A stretch of 64,000 bases of DNA from Nageia nagi. Its lineage: Eukaryota; Plantae; Pinophyta. Every line of letters starts with the position of its first letter. Position 1 is the stretch's first letter. The stretch covers positions 22,692,001-22,756,000 of the forward strand of contig JBITNC010000002.1 of NCBI GenBank assembly GCA_050084985.1, given 5' to 3'. Positions 50,381-63,695 of this stretch are shown piece by piece. The notes under the pieces were generated by a model, which ran no database searches, had not been told where the DNA came from, and saw only the letters and a program-made list of their open reading frames with translations. The translations under genes were made by a program, and so were the position numbers.

Positions 50381-53300
50381 TGGGTAGTACCTACGACTAA
50401 GTCCCAGTGCTAAGCAACCAAACTGGAAATGAAAGCAACCATGGATAAATTCAAAATCGTTTTTCAGGCCCGGGTGGCGTATGTGGTGGTTGTCAAGTCA
50501 TGGGAAGAGATGAGAAGGGCTGAATTTTTTTAAAGGATGATAATGTGGGAAAACTCTGTACCAACCTCAACGATTTGGAAGTTGCAGGTGAGTGAATACT
50601 ATCAAAAGAGTTTGCAGTTGGTGGTGCCACCAAATTTTTTTTTTCTCCCGAATCTTCAAACCCCATTCTGTCTATCTACGTTACGTAAAGTTGACGATTG
50701 GCAGGCTTCACCAATTCTCCCGACAAAATTTAAACGCATTCTCTGAAGTTGTCAAAGATACCATTCGATAAATTCTTACAAAAACGATAATTGAAAAAAG
50801 AAACGTGGCTAGGATAATAAAGAGGTTGCTATCAACCTCATGATGTACAAGTCACACTTTTTTAAGTTCTTATAAGATATGTATGTGGAAGCATGAGCGA
50901 ATATAGCAAAAACTAAGGAGGAATATCTTACAATATCGTTAAAAAAGTGAAACATGTAAATATAGTTATTGCATCTTAAGAAATGGTCTTTTTTACTTAT
51001 AATAGAGAGTTCTCAATCATTTAATTCATTGTTTACTTAGTTGTTAGAATAGGGATATCTATAAAGGAGGAAGAAAATATATTTTAATTTTTTCTTATTT
51101 TATTTTATCTTGTATATATGTATTTTTAATTAGATTGGGGAATCGATTAGTTTGTTACATTTTTAGATGTTTTTTCATGGGTTTGAATCATGTTCCTCAT
51201 TTTCATTATAAAGTCAAATGCACCAACTTAATTGTTTATATGTTTGATAGTGCTGGTGCAACACACCCTCGATTCCATGAACCCTCAAAAGTCAAAAATA
51301 GGTTTTCATGCTCAAAAGGAATGTCTACATCAATAGATCAAACGTTGTGGGCTATTCTATATCTTGCATATGTGTTGACATGGTTTCTTACTTTTAAATT
51401 ATGATTTTTCTATTCATAATTAAATGACAAGCCTAAAGTTAAGAAAATATATCAATTCTGTGTAGTCTAATAAAATAAAGTCCTTGAAACTAATTGTATT
51501 TTTTGTTGATAATTGTTAGGTAGCTTATGTATCATATATTTTTTTATTATTTTATATGAGTATAAAATACATAATTGAAGATAAGACCAAAGATCATTTC
51601 TAATTTTCACATAGAGATAGTATTATGGTAGCTTGGTTAAGTATTAGCTACTTTTTTCAAACTTATTTTTCTTTTGTTTTGAATAAAAGTTAATAGAAGG
51701 TGATACTCAAACTTTTCAAAGTATGTAATACAAACTTCTTTTCATTATTTTATAGGATCTTTGAAGATAAATTTCATAAAATATTAAAAATTCAAAGATC
51801 AAAACTTAAAAAATTTGATAAAAAATAAAATCATATCAACTTAGTTTTCCTTCAAAATCTTTTTGCATCTAGTTACTTATCTAACTCACTATGGTAATAG
51901 ACTTGGTCAATTGTCTCTTTTTTCATGTTCACTCCAACATACTTGGATGTGAGAAAGTATTTTTACCTTCACACATGCCAACATAAATGATCCCCATATT
52001 CCAAGATTGGATACTAGAAAACCCTTCTTCACACCTACATGCTCAAACACATCGATGTGATAATGGTCACATTAAGATTTTTAGCAGTGAATGCATTGAT
52101 GTGGGACTTTTATTGTATGTGATGGAAGAACAAAGGTACATTTATAAATATTGAATATCCTTTGTCTTAAATATTCAACATGATTGCATCGATATTTTTG
52201 AGAGAGACAAAGGAGATTTGAGATCTTATTTTCATAGTGAGATTGAGCAAGTAAAATCATTATGTTCCTAACCTCTTCAACATTGTTCAATTTAACATGA
52301 TATATAATTAACTTTTTCTTTTCTCTTGTGGAACCAACACCACACACACAACATATGTTCATAACTCTTGTTATGAAAGCAAAGAAGAGAAATTTTCTCT
52401 CAAGTTCAACACTTACTAGTTTTCTTCTGTTTTTGGCTTCATAACAAAAGGATCAACATAAATTATTTGCATCATCTTGACTACAAAAGTATAATTATAT
52501 TGTTATACCTTGACCTTTTGAAACAACCAAAGACTTGGAAATTTTTTACCTCTTATTGCTTTTGTACCCAAATATATTAAGATAATTTCTCTCCATGCTT
52601 CTTATTGTGGTTTGAAATAATAATAAAAACTTAAAAAAATTTATGCCTTTTCACTTTCCCACCTAAAGGGATAAGTACAAATTATCACCCTACCTTCAAA
52701 TGCAACAATAAAAAAGCATGCCCATCATATCAAAGCAATAACTACATCTACTTTTTAGCATTATGTTTCAATATGATTTATGTATTTACGATGGTTCCAT
52801 TTAATGCCTAGATCTATAATGCAAAATAGGCAAGGTAAGGATTACTGAAGTTACTAAGAGGATCACAAAGAAAGGACTAGTAGAAGTATGTAAGGAAGGA
52901 GCACCTACCACTAAAAAAATTTGAAAGATGAATTAATGAAAATTAATGACCCTTATTGGTCACATTATAATATAATAAGAATTTAAGACAACTTTAAAGA
53001 ATTATAAGTGGTTGAAAAATATCAAGACTTGTTATATATATTTGGATTATTCAAAGCAGTCATTATTTCTTTTTTCCTTAAATTTTTTGGAGTTGGTAAT
53101 GAAAGAAATAATGTATTATGATATTTCATCTAGAAAGGTAATCACGTCAATCGAAGATATAATTACAAATTTCTCTCTCAATAGCCTAATATATGCCTTC
53201 TCTTGGACTAATAAAGGACTACAATATAAGGAAATAAATGCAAATGATGGTTTTAAAAAAGAGAAGAAGCTCACCCATACCATAAAAAGTGGCTAAAATA

Positions 53301-53717
53301 AGAATATCAAAGCATTAATCATCAACAAATCCTACAAGTCCAAAGGTGTTTATTTTCTTACATTAAATCAAAAGCCATCATTTTTCTCTTAGGGGTTATA
53401 AGCAAACTAGATGACATAAGACTTCATAAGAAATTCCAAGGTTTCTTAATGAAAATTGGTGAGAATAGAAAACTAAGATGGAGATATGTTATAATTGATG
53501 TGATTTTGTAGCAATTGCAAACTATTAAAATAATCAAGAAGTTATATATGATGAGATATTTTGTGTACCTTATTTGCATAAGAAGAAATAATCTATAAGC
53601 TAGAGGAATAGTGCAAAAATTAAGGAGCTAAATAATGCAATGTAGATGTCATGATCATTATGATACAAGGAAAGAAAATAGGATTATTTCATAAATATTA
53701 ATAAGTGGAAGTATGAA

Positions 53718-54558
53718 GGGGGTCGCCTGTGTGTGCACGCACTTGCAAAAGGCTAACCCCTCCTTCGAATCAATTTTTGACTTGCAACAAGTGAGGAAGA
53801 GTTGGCAAGGAGCAATGTGACACCATTTGGAAGGGATTTTTTAATGTGTTTAATTGGTGATTTGATGGTATTTGATAGGGTTTTAAGGTATTTTATGGAA
53901 CATAGTAGATTATAAATATTTAGTGCCCTAATTTTTACACTTCAACCAGAATCAGGTTGCGAATAAGGTTCTCCCATTCTAGTGATAGGATTGGAGGTTG
54001 AAAAAGTGAAATTTTCTTAAGAAGATTTATGACGAGTAATAAGAGATTGAAACATGAAGATTGAAGAACAAATTATTCGATTGGTTCGCCATACTCCTTT
54101 GTGTTATAGGCATGTGACATCTTAGCAGGATCAGTGCATGGATGGCAACTAGGGTTCTTGTTGTTGATATAATCTCTAATGTACAAGGTCATGTCTTCTT
54201 AGGATTGGTGGTGGACCAACAGTCCCTATCCCTATAGTGCATTTGATGTTTGTCTTGATTCTTCACCTATAGTAATCAAAGGTAGTGCAAATTAGTAAGG
54301 AGAAAGGAATTGTGTGATAATAGTAACTTTAAAGAGATTAACATGTATGAGTTCATATTTTTTTACAAAAAAGTTATAATAGGAGATGAAAATGATAATT
54401 ATATGGATACATCTGAGCTACATACAAGAAATGGTTGGGTAGTAATATGAGTGGCATCTATGTCACTGGTTTTGGGAGCTTGTAGAAAACCCTTTTGATA
54501 GGTTTTTGGACCCTATTAAAACCCTTTTTTTGATAAATCATTTACATTTTTTATCAAA
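53718..54558 (+). mobile_element. Non-autonomous retroposon A (~840 bp) with LINE-like tail
   Basis: 18-bp TSD aataagtggaagtatgaa (53700-53717) / aataagtgggagtatgaa (54559-54576). G-rich head; tail ggtttttggaccctattaaaaccc...tcaaaaa. Confidence 0.75.
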
Positions 54559-57500
54559 AATAAGTGGGAGTATGAAAACTATAGTAAGTTAGAAGGTGAT
54601 CATATTTTTTTTTCTAAAATATCTGATATAATCATTGTAGAGTTAAAAGGCCATGCATATTGGTATATAGTTCATTCAACTTATATGTATTTGAGGGTCT
54701 ATGGATCTTAATATCTAATGTACCAACTCCCTAAGTATATAAATGATCTTATTCTCTTTTTAGAGTTCTTTAAGCAAGTATAAATTTTGCATAAACAAAT
54801 TTATAAGAAAAAAGAAGCTTCCATTTATCAAATTATCATTATAGGCTTTTATCAATGTACCTCCTAGTTAGAAGCACAAATAATATCCCAAGAGATTGAG
54901 TATTTTTTTTTTAGCAACAACACATTATTGAAACATATGATCTAGAGGATAAAGTCAAACAATTCTATTTAAAATCTCATAATATTTAATATGCTTACTA
55001 GCCACAAGGGGAAATAAATAGGTATAAAAATTAAAAATTTATCTTGATGTTGATGATGATGATGTTAAAGTCCAAAAGAAGAGATGGATAGAAATCCACC
55101 AAAATGATCATCCTTCTCCTCACTAGGATCTTCTTCAATAGGCTCATCTATATAATCAAAACTCATCTTTCAATACTTATAATATTCCTATCAATATTCT
55201 AAAAAATCCTCTCAAACATCAAATGCAACTCCTCAATCTTCATTAGATTCTTATTTATCTCCTTATGAACAACCTCTAGATAACCAAAGAAATAATTAAT
55301 ATTCAAATAGCCTATGTAGGAGGCAAAAGAGATAGTTCAAGGATAAGAAGAATAAATAAGAAGAAAATAGGGATAAATAAGGGATATTAACACAAATGAG
55401 GAAGATTCCATAAATACACTCTTAGCCAGAATTACCAACCAAGCGTTGGGCATAGGTATTAGTGACATAAATTTGAAAAAGAAAATATAAGCTTAGTAAT
55501 AAGTTTCAATTGTTGATGAAGAAATGATCGATATTGAACAAGCTATAGGTTAAACTCTCACTTGAAGAACTCAAAACATTCCTCTTACCACTTCAATGCA
55601 ACAAATAAAAATAGTTACCTTAAGATAAAGAAATATATAATTTCATATACTAAGGGGTCAAAATGAAAGATATGTCTTTCAAGTTGAGATAAAATGATGA
55701 TGATAATAATGAAGAAATGAGGAGTAAAATAAAATAGGATGTGCATGATGCTCCTCTTCTAGACCTAATAAAGAGGTGCCTAAAAGGAAACATTCTTCAC
55801 CTCTATAGGTAACCTTAATACAATAGGTAACATGTGGAACAAGATACGATGATATTAATTGGGATGCTTACTTGTAAATAATAATAAAGATGTCTAAGGG
55901 GTAAGAATAAGAATAGAAATCTCTAATAATAATCAACATTGCAACTTAAGAGATAAGTACATTAATGAATATTGATCTAGCCACCAAGGCCATAATAATC
56001 AAGAAAATATCCTCATATATAAGGAAAGTAAAAAAAAGTGATTTGGTTATCCAAAGCCAATAAATATTTATCAATTGAACATGAGTGGAAAGAGGAGAAT
56101 CCATGGTCACAATTGGAGCTAAGGTGATGAAGGATGAATTCATAAGTTGTAGGAAATAAATAGCGTATTTATATGGCATGCTTAAAATAAAATAAAATAA
56201 AAATAACCAAAGGAATTAGGGTGTCATGATTCAACCTAACCTCTAAAATACTTAATGTACAAACTTCTCAAGCAATTAATCTCCAAGAAAGTATTCATAT
56301 AATTATTCCTCAAGTTTTGCATTCTTTTGAAGAAACTTATAATTATTTTAATTCTTTATTATTTATCAAAACAAAAATTAAGGAGTTTAGCAAAAGCAAT
56401 AAAAATAGAATTGATAATAAACATAATAAAGATAACATTAAGAATCCAATGATAATTTCTTATTATACCTTGAGTAGTTCCAAAAATCCAAAGTAAAATG
56501 TCTTAAACTATAGAAGAAGATAGAAAATATGTGTAAAAGAATAAAGAATACTTTTGTTAAATACAATTTCAATTATTTAAAGGAAGATGAAACATTTATG
56601 TCAAAGAATCCTATAATTGAAAAAATTAAAAAGATAGCTAGCTCAAAAATTACTTGTGTTTGAACATCATCATGGACTTACCCTCCACCCCTTTTCAAAG
56701 TTGTAATTTGATAATATCAATTGAAATAAATTTCCTAATAAATAAAGAACTTGTCAAAATTAAGTGATAGCCAACAAAGGGTAATTAGAATGGGAGTCAT
56801 CAAAATAAAGACCTTCTTGAATAACAACCTTTCTTAAAAGATCCATCTTGGAAGTGGCAAACATGTAATGATCATAATTTTATCTATGGGTGGTGAGTTC
56901 CTCCCTCTAATTTTGCACTTTGAAATATTTCTTAGGCATAAAGTAGTAAGGCTAGTGAAGAGAGTTGGTTATTACTAACTACCTAGAATTTATACAAATA
57001 CAATACTTCGATCTTCATTTAGCATAATTGCAACCAAAGAGAAAGGATTGGGGAATAATTTAGGGTAACACACTCCACTTATATACAAATATTTTAAGAA
57101 ATAATAAAATCATATTTGGAATTTTAAGCAATTATCTCCTAATTATATTTATGCTTTTAATTTTAATTATTTATTTATGAGATTCTTTATGGTCATAATT
57201 ACTTCTATAATAATATATGATTATTATTTTCAAGTTTTTAGTATAAAACAATTATCATAGTTCCTTAATTTTTTTAAAAAATATTTACAATCTAAATTCA
57301 AACAATTTATAAACTAGATTTTTAGGACTACATTAAAAAGAAGGTTGATATAACCCATGTGTTATCAACCTTTTCTTTGATGAGGAAAAAGTGATAACAA
57401 AATTAGTGACTTTGTTTGAGAAAAGTAGATTATTATTGTTGGGATAGATAGATAAGTTGACTAAAATGAACCTAGAAAATTATTTTAGTAGGTAAAATTT

Positions 57501-57582
57501 GGAATTCACTTATATCAAAAATATATAATTTTGCCAAAAAATATTAGTATAAAATTCAAAATCTAATTTTCACTAAGCAAAA

Positions 57583-59556
57583 CTTCTTCCATGAGTAATA
57601 GGTGGATCTAGAGGGATCATGCACAATTTACAGGAATAGCAAAATTGTAATGAAGTCAATTAGGGATTTTCATTATGACTCTGTAATTTATGTGTGCGAA
57701 GCCATTCTATAGTTGAAATGCATCCAAACAACTCTAGGAATTAAATGAACAAGGCAAAGCATAGACTAAATCCTAAACCTTTGAAGGAATGGCTATGCAT
57801 GAGTTAAAGGAATAATGAAGTTGTAATGAAGTCAATTAGGTATTTTCATTAGGTCTTTGCAATTTGCATGTGCAAAACCATTCTGTAGTTGAAATGCATC
57901 CAAATGATGTTAGAACTATAATTAACAAGGTAAGGCAAAGATTGAATCTCTAAATGAATGGGTGAATATTATTACTCGATATGAACTGAAGATCACATAA
58001 GAAATTAAGATTAATTTGGAACCCATTATTACAAAAAATAGAATTCAAATTAAAGTTCCTAAGAGTATTATCGATCAATAAGAAGCTTGATACAAGTTCA
58101 TTTTGGTTGGCCAATTTGTGGGAATAAGACTTATTTTGGATATGATTAGGAGATGGATGATAGAGCGATGGTGCATAAGAAACTATATGGAGTAGGTGCC
58201 TCTTCCTTAAGAACTTTCACTATTCAAATTTGGATGTGAGGAAGATATGTAGATAGTTATGGACTTAGGACCTTCGTTCCTTGGTAAAAAAGGCTTGGTT
58301 ATGAAATAATGGTATAAAGGTTTCCATCTGAAGAAGGAAAATTTTGACCTAATACCCACTTGTGTTTGGATCTCAAATCTTGTAATGGAATATTATTCAA
58401 ATTAAAATATCTTTGTTGGTATTGCTAAAGGAATTGTTTCACTTATTTCTATTGAGAAATTGATAAGATCACGATCAAGAATGAAAAAGGAAAGATTCTA
58501 TGTAAATCTTGATATTTCGAGGGAGTTGAAGAGCACAATACTCATTGAGGATGAAGATAGTAGTACATGGGAACAAGATATTATTTATTAAAATTTAACA
58601 ATCAGGTGTAGAATTTGTAAGTAGTTTGGTCATTATGCAAAAGAATATCCAAAAAAATAGATGGAGACTAAGAAAGTTGAACAAGGTTGGAAACTAATCC
58701 AACAACAGAATAACAAGAAGAAGGAATAGGGCCCTAAGAAAACCCTCAAAATTAATCTAGTAAAAAAAGAAGTTTGTAACCGAGAACCCCTATTCGACAC
58801 TCATTATTATTGAAGTTTAGTCATGATTAGACCCTTCAAATGATGAAGCCATGGAAGTGGAATACATGATGGATGAGAAATATAGAAAAATTACTAAATA
58901 CAGGAAAAGAGCTCAAAATGATGATAATTAGAATAAAAGAACACAATAGGAAAATGTGGCAAAAGGGATAATATCCCACTAAGGCAAATGATAAACTATA
59001 AGAAAACTCTTCATATAGGTCAAAGTAATATAGGTCACCCTTCCCACAATAAAGTCAGAGAGAAAATGAAAATGAAGGATCTTGCTAATGGGTGTTAACT
59101 TACTACAATACAAAAGACAAAGTATGATCAAGCCATTAGTACTCAATCCATGTTTGGCCTAAGTAAAGGTTTTTTGTATTAAAATGTTTAGAAGATGAAG
59201 ATTCATTTGGACCACAACACAAATGTAACACATAAGTAATTTGGTTCTAAATAAATAAATTAAAGGGTCTCATTCTAGAAAAGAAAATGATAGAGGAGGA
59301 TTCATTTTGGCTACTAATAGACTATGGCTAGTTAGAATTTGGACTTGGTTATCTAGTAGTATAATATAGTATTTATTTGGATACATTTCAAATTCATTTC
59401 CTATGTTATTCTGGCTACCACCACGTATATCCGGGTAGCAAGTTTCATTAATTACTTGGTAATTTTTTGAAACCAATTTTGTCACAGGCTTTTGGACCCT
59501 ATTAAAACCCATCGCTTTTTTGATAATATAATTTACCCCTATTATAAAAAAAAAAA
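57583..59556 (+). mobile_element. ORF1-only LINE derivative B (~2.0 kb)
   Basis: TSD tcactaagcaaaa (57570-57582) / tcactaagaaaaa (59557-59569). 5' ~177-bp tandem repeat (57641/57818). DUF4283-type ORF1 (ILVGQFVGIR..IRRW..LFKFGCEED..GP.FLGKKGL..W) with zinc knuckle IRCRICK*FGHYAKEYP at ~58600. Then tail and A11, with no ORF2 motifs seen. Confidence 0.72.
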
Positions 59557-60519
59557 TCACTAAGAAAAATCCTAAAAGAATTTTAAATGGTGTTTCAATA
59601 TCCATTTTAACTTGATATTGTAGAAAATCAAACTAGCATTTTGGCATGAATCAAAGGTATAATCTATGTTGAAATAAGGTTATTTCGATATATTATTTTA
59701 GTACTCAATAAGGAAAACTATATTATAAAATAAATTAATGAGAAATTAAAGAAGATAAAATCATATTTTCTAAAAGAGAATATTTAGTTGAAGATCAAAA
59801 AATATTTCAAGAAATGATAAGAAAGTGTCACAAAAGATAAATCAAATCTTAAGTAGTTACAGAAATTCATCATCTTCATATTTAAATAATTGTGTATTGT
59901 AAGTGTCAAATTAAGAATTTAGAACATGAAGAATAAACATAATATACTTAGGCAAATACTTAGATATTAATAATATTGCAAAAATTTAGATTAATATCAT
60001 TGCTCCTTATTAAAATTAAACCAATTTAGTTTAATCTCATACCTTTTATTCATAAAAGAAAGTCATGAGAAGCAATAGATTTGAAGGAAGCAGTTAGAAG
60101 ACTAAATCAACATGATGCATATTTAAATGCCAAATATCTTGAAGACATTGAAGAACTTGAGTGCATATTATATTGAGAGAAAAATAGTATATTCATCTTA
60201 ATCCACTATAGTTTTGTAGATGATAATTGGCACCTTAATCTAGAAAACCTTAAGATAAAGTTGAAGAAATTACAAATTGCATCATAAAAAAGTGCATATC
60301 CTTTAAGATAAATTATAGTATCAAGCTTTCCCTCCAATTAGATATACTTTTCCTAAAAGATTAAAACTCGTTATTTTTCTATTGATCATCAAATATCTTC
60401 AACCAATCAAACACTTATCATCATGTTTAACCAAATAATAGTTGGACAACCATACCTCACAAACTCTAGTCCTTTGAACCTAATTGAAAATAAACATAAA
60501 ATTACCAAAACTGCTTACC

Positions 60520-63500
60520 ATTTGCCAACCTATTTAGGAGATAACTCTATAACCACAACAATATTTAGATCTTTTCAATATGATATATGGTACTATTAAT
60601 TTTGAATATGAAAATATTGTAATTTGATTATTTGTGAGATCTCTAACTAGAGAAGTGGTAAATTGGTTCTTTTATTTACCTAATAGTTCTATTTGAAGTT
60701 GGAAGACATGGTGAGAAAATTTCTTAAAAGATACAAATAAAAAATATTAAGAAAAGAATGGGTTAGTGAACTTTCTAATATCAATAAGAAACAAAATGAA
60801 TCACTTACTTAACATGAAAATATATTTGGTAGAATTTCATGCAAAATAACATTTGCTCTACAACCATAAGAAGATATAAATAAATGATTCTTTATAATGG
60901 ATTAGATACTAAAATTTCCTATGCAATGAGCCTATCTAATCCAAATTATTTTAGTTAAATTATTTTAGAAGCAATCAAAGTTAAGGAGAAAATATATGTA
61001 ATTGATAAGTTTAAAATACATAAAACTTATACAAACAAAATGGAAGATCTTCCACTATAAGGAAATAAAAGTACATCCAATACACCTCTTAAGAAATAAG
61101 AATTAAAGCTCATGAGAAAATTAAATTTGCCAATCATTTTAGGAAATAAATATATAATCACAATGGATGGTAGGGAGGGGGAATGAGTGCTCCACATGTG
61201 ATTAACATGCGATAAGGAAGGCAAGCTTGGAGGGAAGTCTATGCGGATGAGACATGCTTTCTCCCCATACAACTACCATAGATTAAGAGGAGATGGTCCA
61301 TAGATTCAGCAAGCAAGTGGAAGGCTTGGATTAGATAGTTTGTTAGGCACCTTGGCCACCACCTTCTTAATAGTATCACTCATAAAAAAACTCTCAATTG
61401 GTTGCATGCAAAAAGAATGATGGGTCAAAAGCACTTGGAACCTCCTATGAGGGAAGAATTGAGAAGTGACCCAGAAGTATGAAGAGTTCTTTGTAATGGG
61501 GGCATTGATGGTTTCATGGATACCCTAAATGGATACAATCTTAGATAGTCTAGATAGGTAGCTAATTCTTGGGAAAATGGTAGAGTCATGGTGGATGGGA
61601 AGCACTTTTCCATCAACCTAGAACTAATTGAGATTTCTACAAGCATGGAAAATTTAGGATGATAATAAAGAAGAGATATGAAGATTCCAATCTCAAAGAT
61701 ACAGTTGTTCTAAGGGCTAGGGATTCCCCTCCCTAAAATAAGGAAGTTTGCTTATGACATTTCCACCATTCACTACCTATGAGGCGAGGTGGCAAAGGTG
61801 ATTATGAAGTTGTTCACAATAGAAGGAAGGTACACTAAATTATTTGGTGTTCATTTTGTACTATTAAATCACTTCAAGGGTAGTTGCATAATCAATTTGC
61901 CTTATTTATTATTCCACTCCCTAGATGCATTCATTAGGAAGAATAAGCAAGAAATTCTAGTTCACCAAGGGCTTATCAAGGTTTTAGTAGATTTTGTGAA
62001 TGTGGGTGCTAGAATAATTAGGCCTTTATATCAAAAAATACTTATTCCTCCATTGTTAGACCCATCTCCTATGAAAAGTTTGGGTCATGAAGCCCATAGC
62101 AGCCCCTCTCTATTGAAGGAGCCTACTAGCCCCCTATTCATAGAGCTTTCTTTTGACTCAAAGAATCCTACCTCAAAAGAGGAAAAGCTAGTACTTGAAC
62201 CTGAACTTGAATATAAAATAAAAAACAAGCTGGTGGATTACTCAAATGATGAGGATGATGAGGAGGGGGTCAACTTGAGCAAGGTGGAGATGGAAGAGGA
62301 AAAGAAACATGAATCACCAGCTCCTCTAATCACTACGAGCAAATCAGGTGATACCCCTATTAAATCCCCTTTGTTTGAAGGATGAGGATTTAGAGGAATT
62401 TTGGGATCCCTTAGAGGAAGGAGAAGATTGGAGATGGTCCATACTAAAGTATGGATATCAAGAGTCAGACTCCCCTATGAGCAGCCATAGTTAGTTTGAG
62501 GATATGGAGGAACCATAATAGCATTATATACCCTGATCATCGTAAGGATAGCACCCCAAGATGGGAACTACATGCCCTAGCAAGCTCAAAAATCTCATCC
62601 CTAAGATGAGGTTTAAAAGGTCTACGGGAAGTAGAGGCACTTTGTAGAATGGGGGTAGATTGGTAAGCAAGGTAAGGAATGACAAAATATCAAGATGATT
62701 AAAAAAGCAATGAAGGCTACCTAGTTTCCTTGGTATAATAAGCAAAGATTTGGAGGGGATAGATGTAAGGTGACTTTGGCTTCTCACCAGAAGGAATTCC
62801 CTATAGCTATTCTGATCCCAAATTTAGAAGTATTGATGAATATGGAGATGGAGTTGTTATGGGACTATTTCAACAAGAAGATATATTTGATATTAATTAG
62901 AGCTTAATTATTCAACCAGTACATGGATGGTGTGATCAAAAATCAATAAAGAAGGATGAAAAATTGTAGTCCTTTTCTCTCAGATCAGCTATGGGAAGCA
63001 TAACTATGAGAAGGTTATTTTGTATCTCTTTTTGTTCCAAATGATACTCTACTGAATATCTATAATCTTGTAAATACAAGTTTTGGGACCCTATTTTCTG
63101 AAAACCCATTATAAATATTTTTTACCCTTACCAAAAAAAAATCTACAATCATAATGGAAGAGCATTTGATCTTTTCCACATGATATGTAGTACCATGGAT
63201 TTAAAAAAAAATTACAATTAGATTATTTATGAGATCTCTAGTTGGATAAGTGGTATATTAGTTCTTATCTTTTCTTAATAGCTCGATCTAAAGTTGGAAG
63301 ATATGGTGTGAAAATTTCCTAAGATACAAATAAAGAATATTAGACATAGAATTGGTTAGTGAACTTTTCAATATCGAGAAGAAGAATTAGTTATTCAATA
63401 TACAAATAGATTTGGTATAATTTATTACAAAATACTATATGATATAAAACCATCAAAATATCTAAATAGATTATTCTTTAAGAATGGATTAGACACTACA

Positions 63501-63695
63501 AATGCTTATGCACTAAGCTTGTTTGATCCAAATTATTTCAATGAAATTCTATCAAAAGTAATCAAAGTTGAGGGAAAATGTATGCAATCTAAAATACACA
63601 AGGCTCTTCAAAATAAGAAAGAAGATCTTGTGCAAGGAATAAAAACACATTCAATATACTTGTTGATAAATAAGAATTAAATCTCATGAGAAAAA
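60520..63695 (+). mobile_element. Tandemly duplicated (~605 bp) degenerate retrotransposon gag segment; second copy interrupted by element C
   Basis: Copy 1 is 60520-61124; copy 2 is 61125-61167 + 63159-63695. Translation LPIILGNKYIITMEEHL...LFVRSLTREVVNWF.YLPNSSI.SW resembles a Retrotrans_gag domain. Confidence 0.65.
61168..63141 (+). mobile_element. Non-autonomous retroposon C (~2.0 kb) carrying a decayed ~320-codon non-LINE ORF (61417-62385)
   Basis: 20-bp TSD aaatatataatcacaatgga (61148-61167) / aaatctacaatcataatgga (63139-63158), 17/20 match. Tail gttttgggaccctattttctgaaaaccc...ttacc A9. One reading frame from ATG 61417 to 62385, with ~8 in-frame stops in its 5' third. Confidence 0.75.

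Noticed and set aside
52900-53300. ORF 53012-53296 as a host gene
   Set aside because: No exon structure; more likely a decayed retrotransposon accessory ORF, too degenerate to call.
62700-62900. LINE RNase H remnant at the end of element C
   Set aside because: Only a vague resemblance, across different frames; not supportable by eye.
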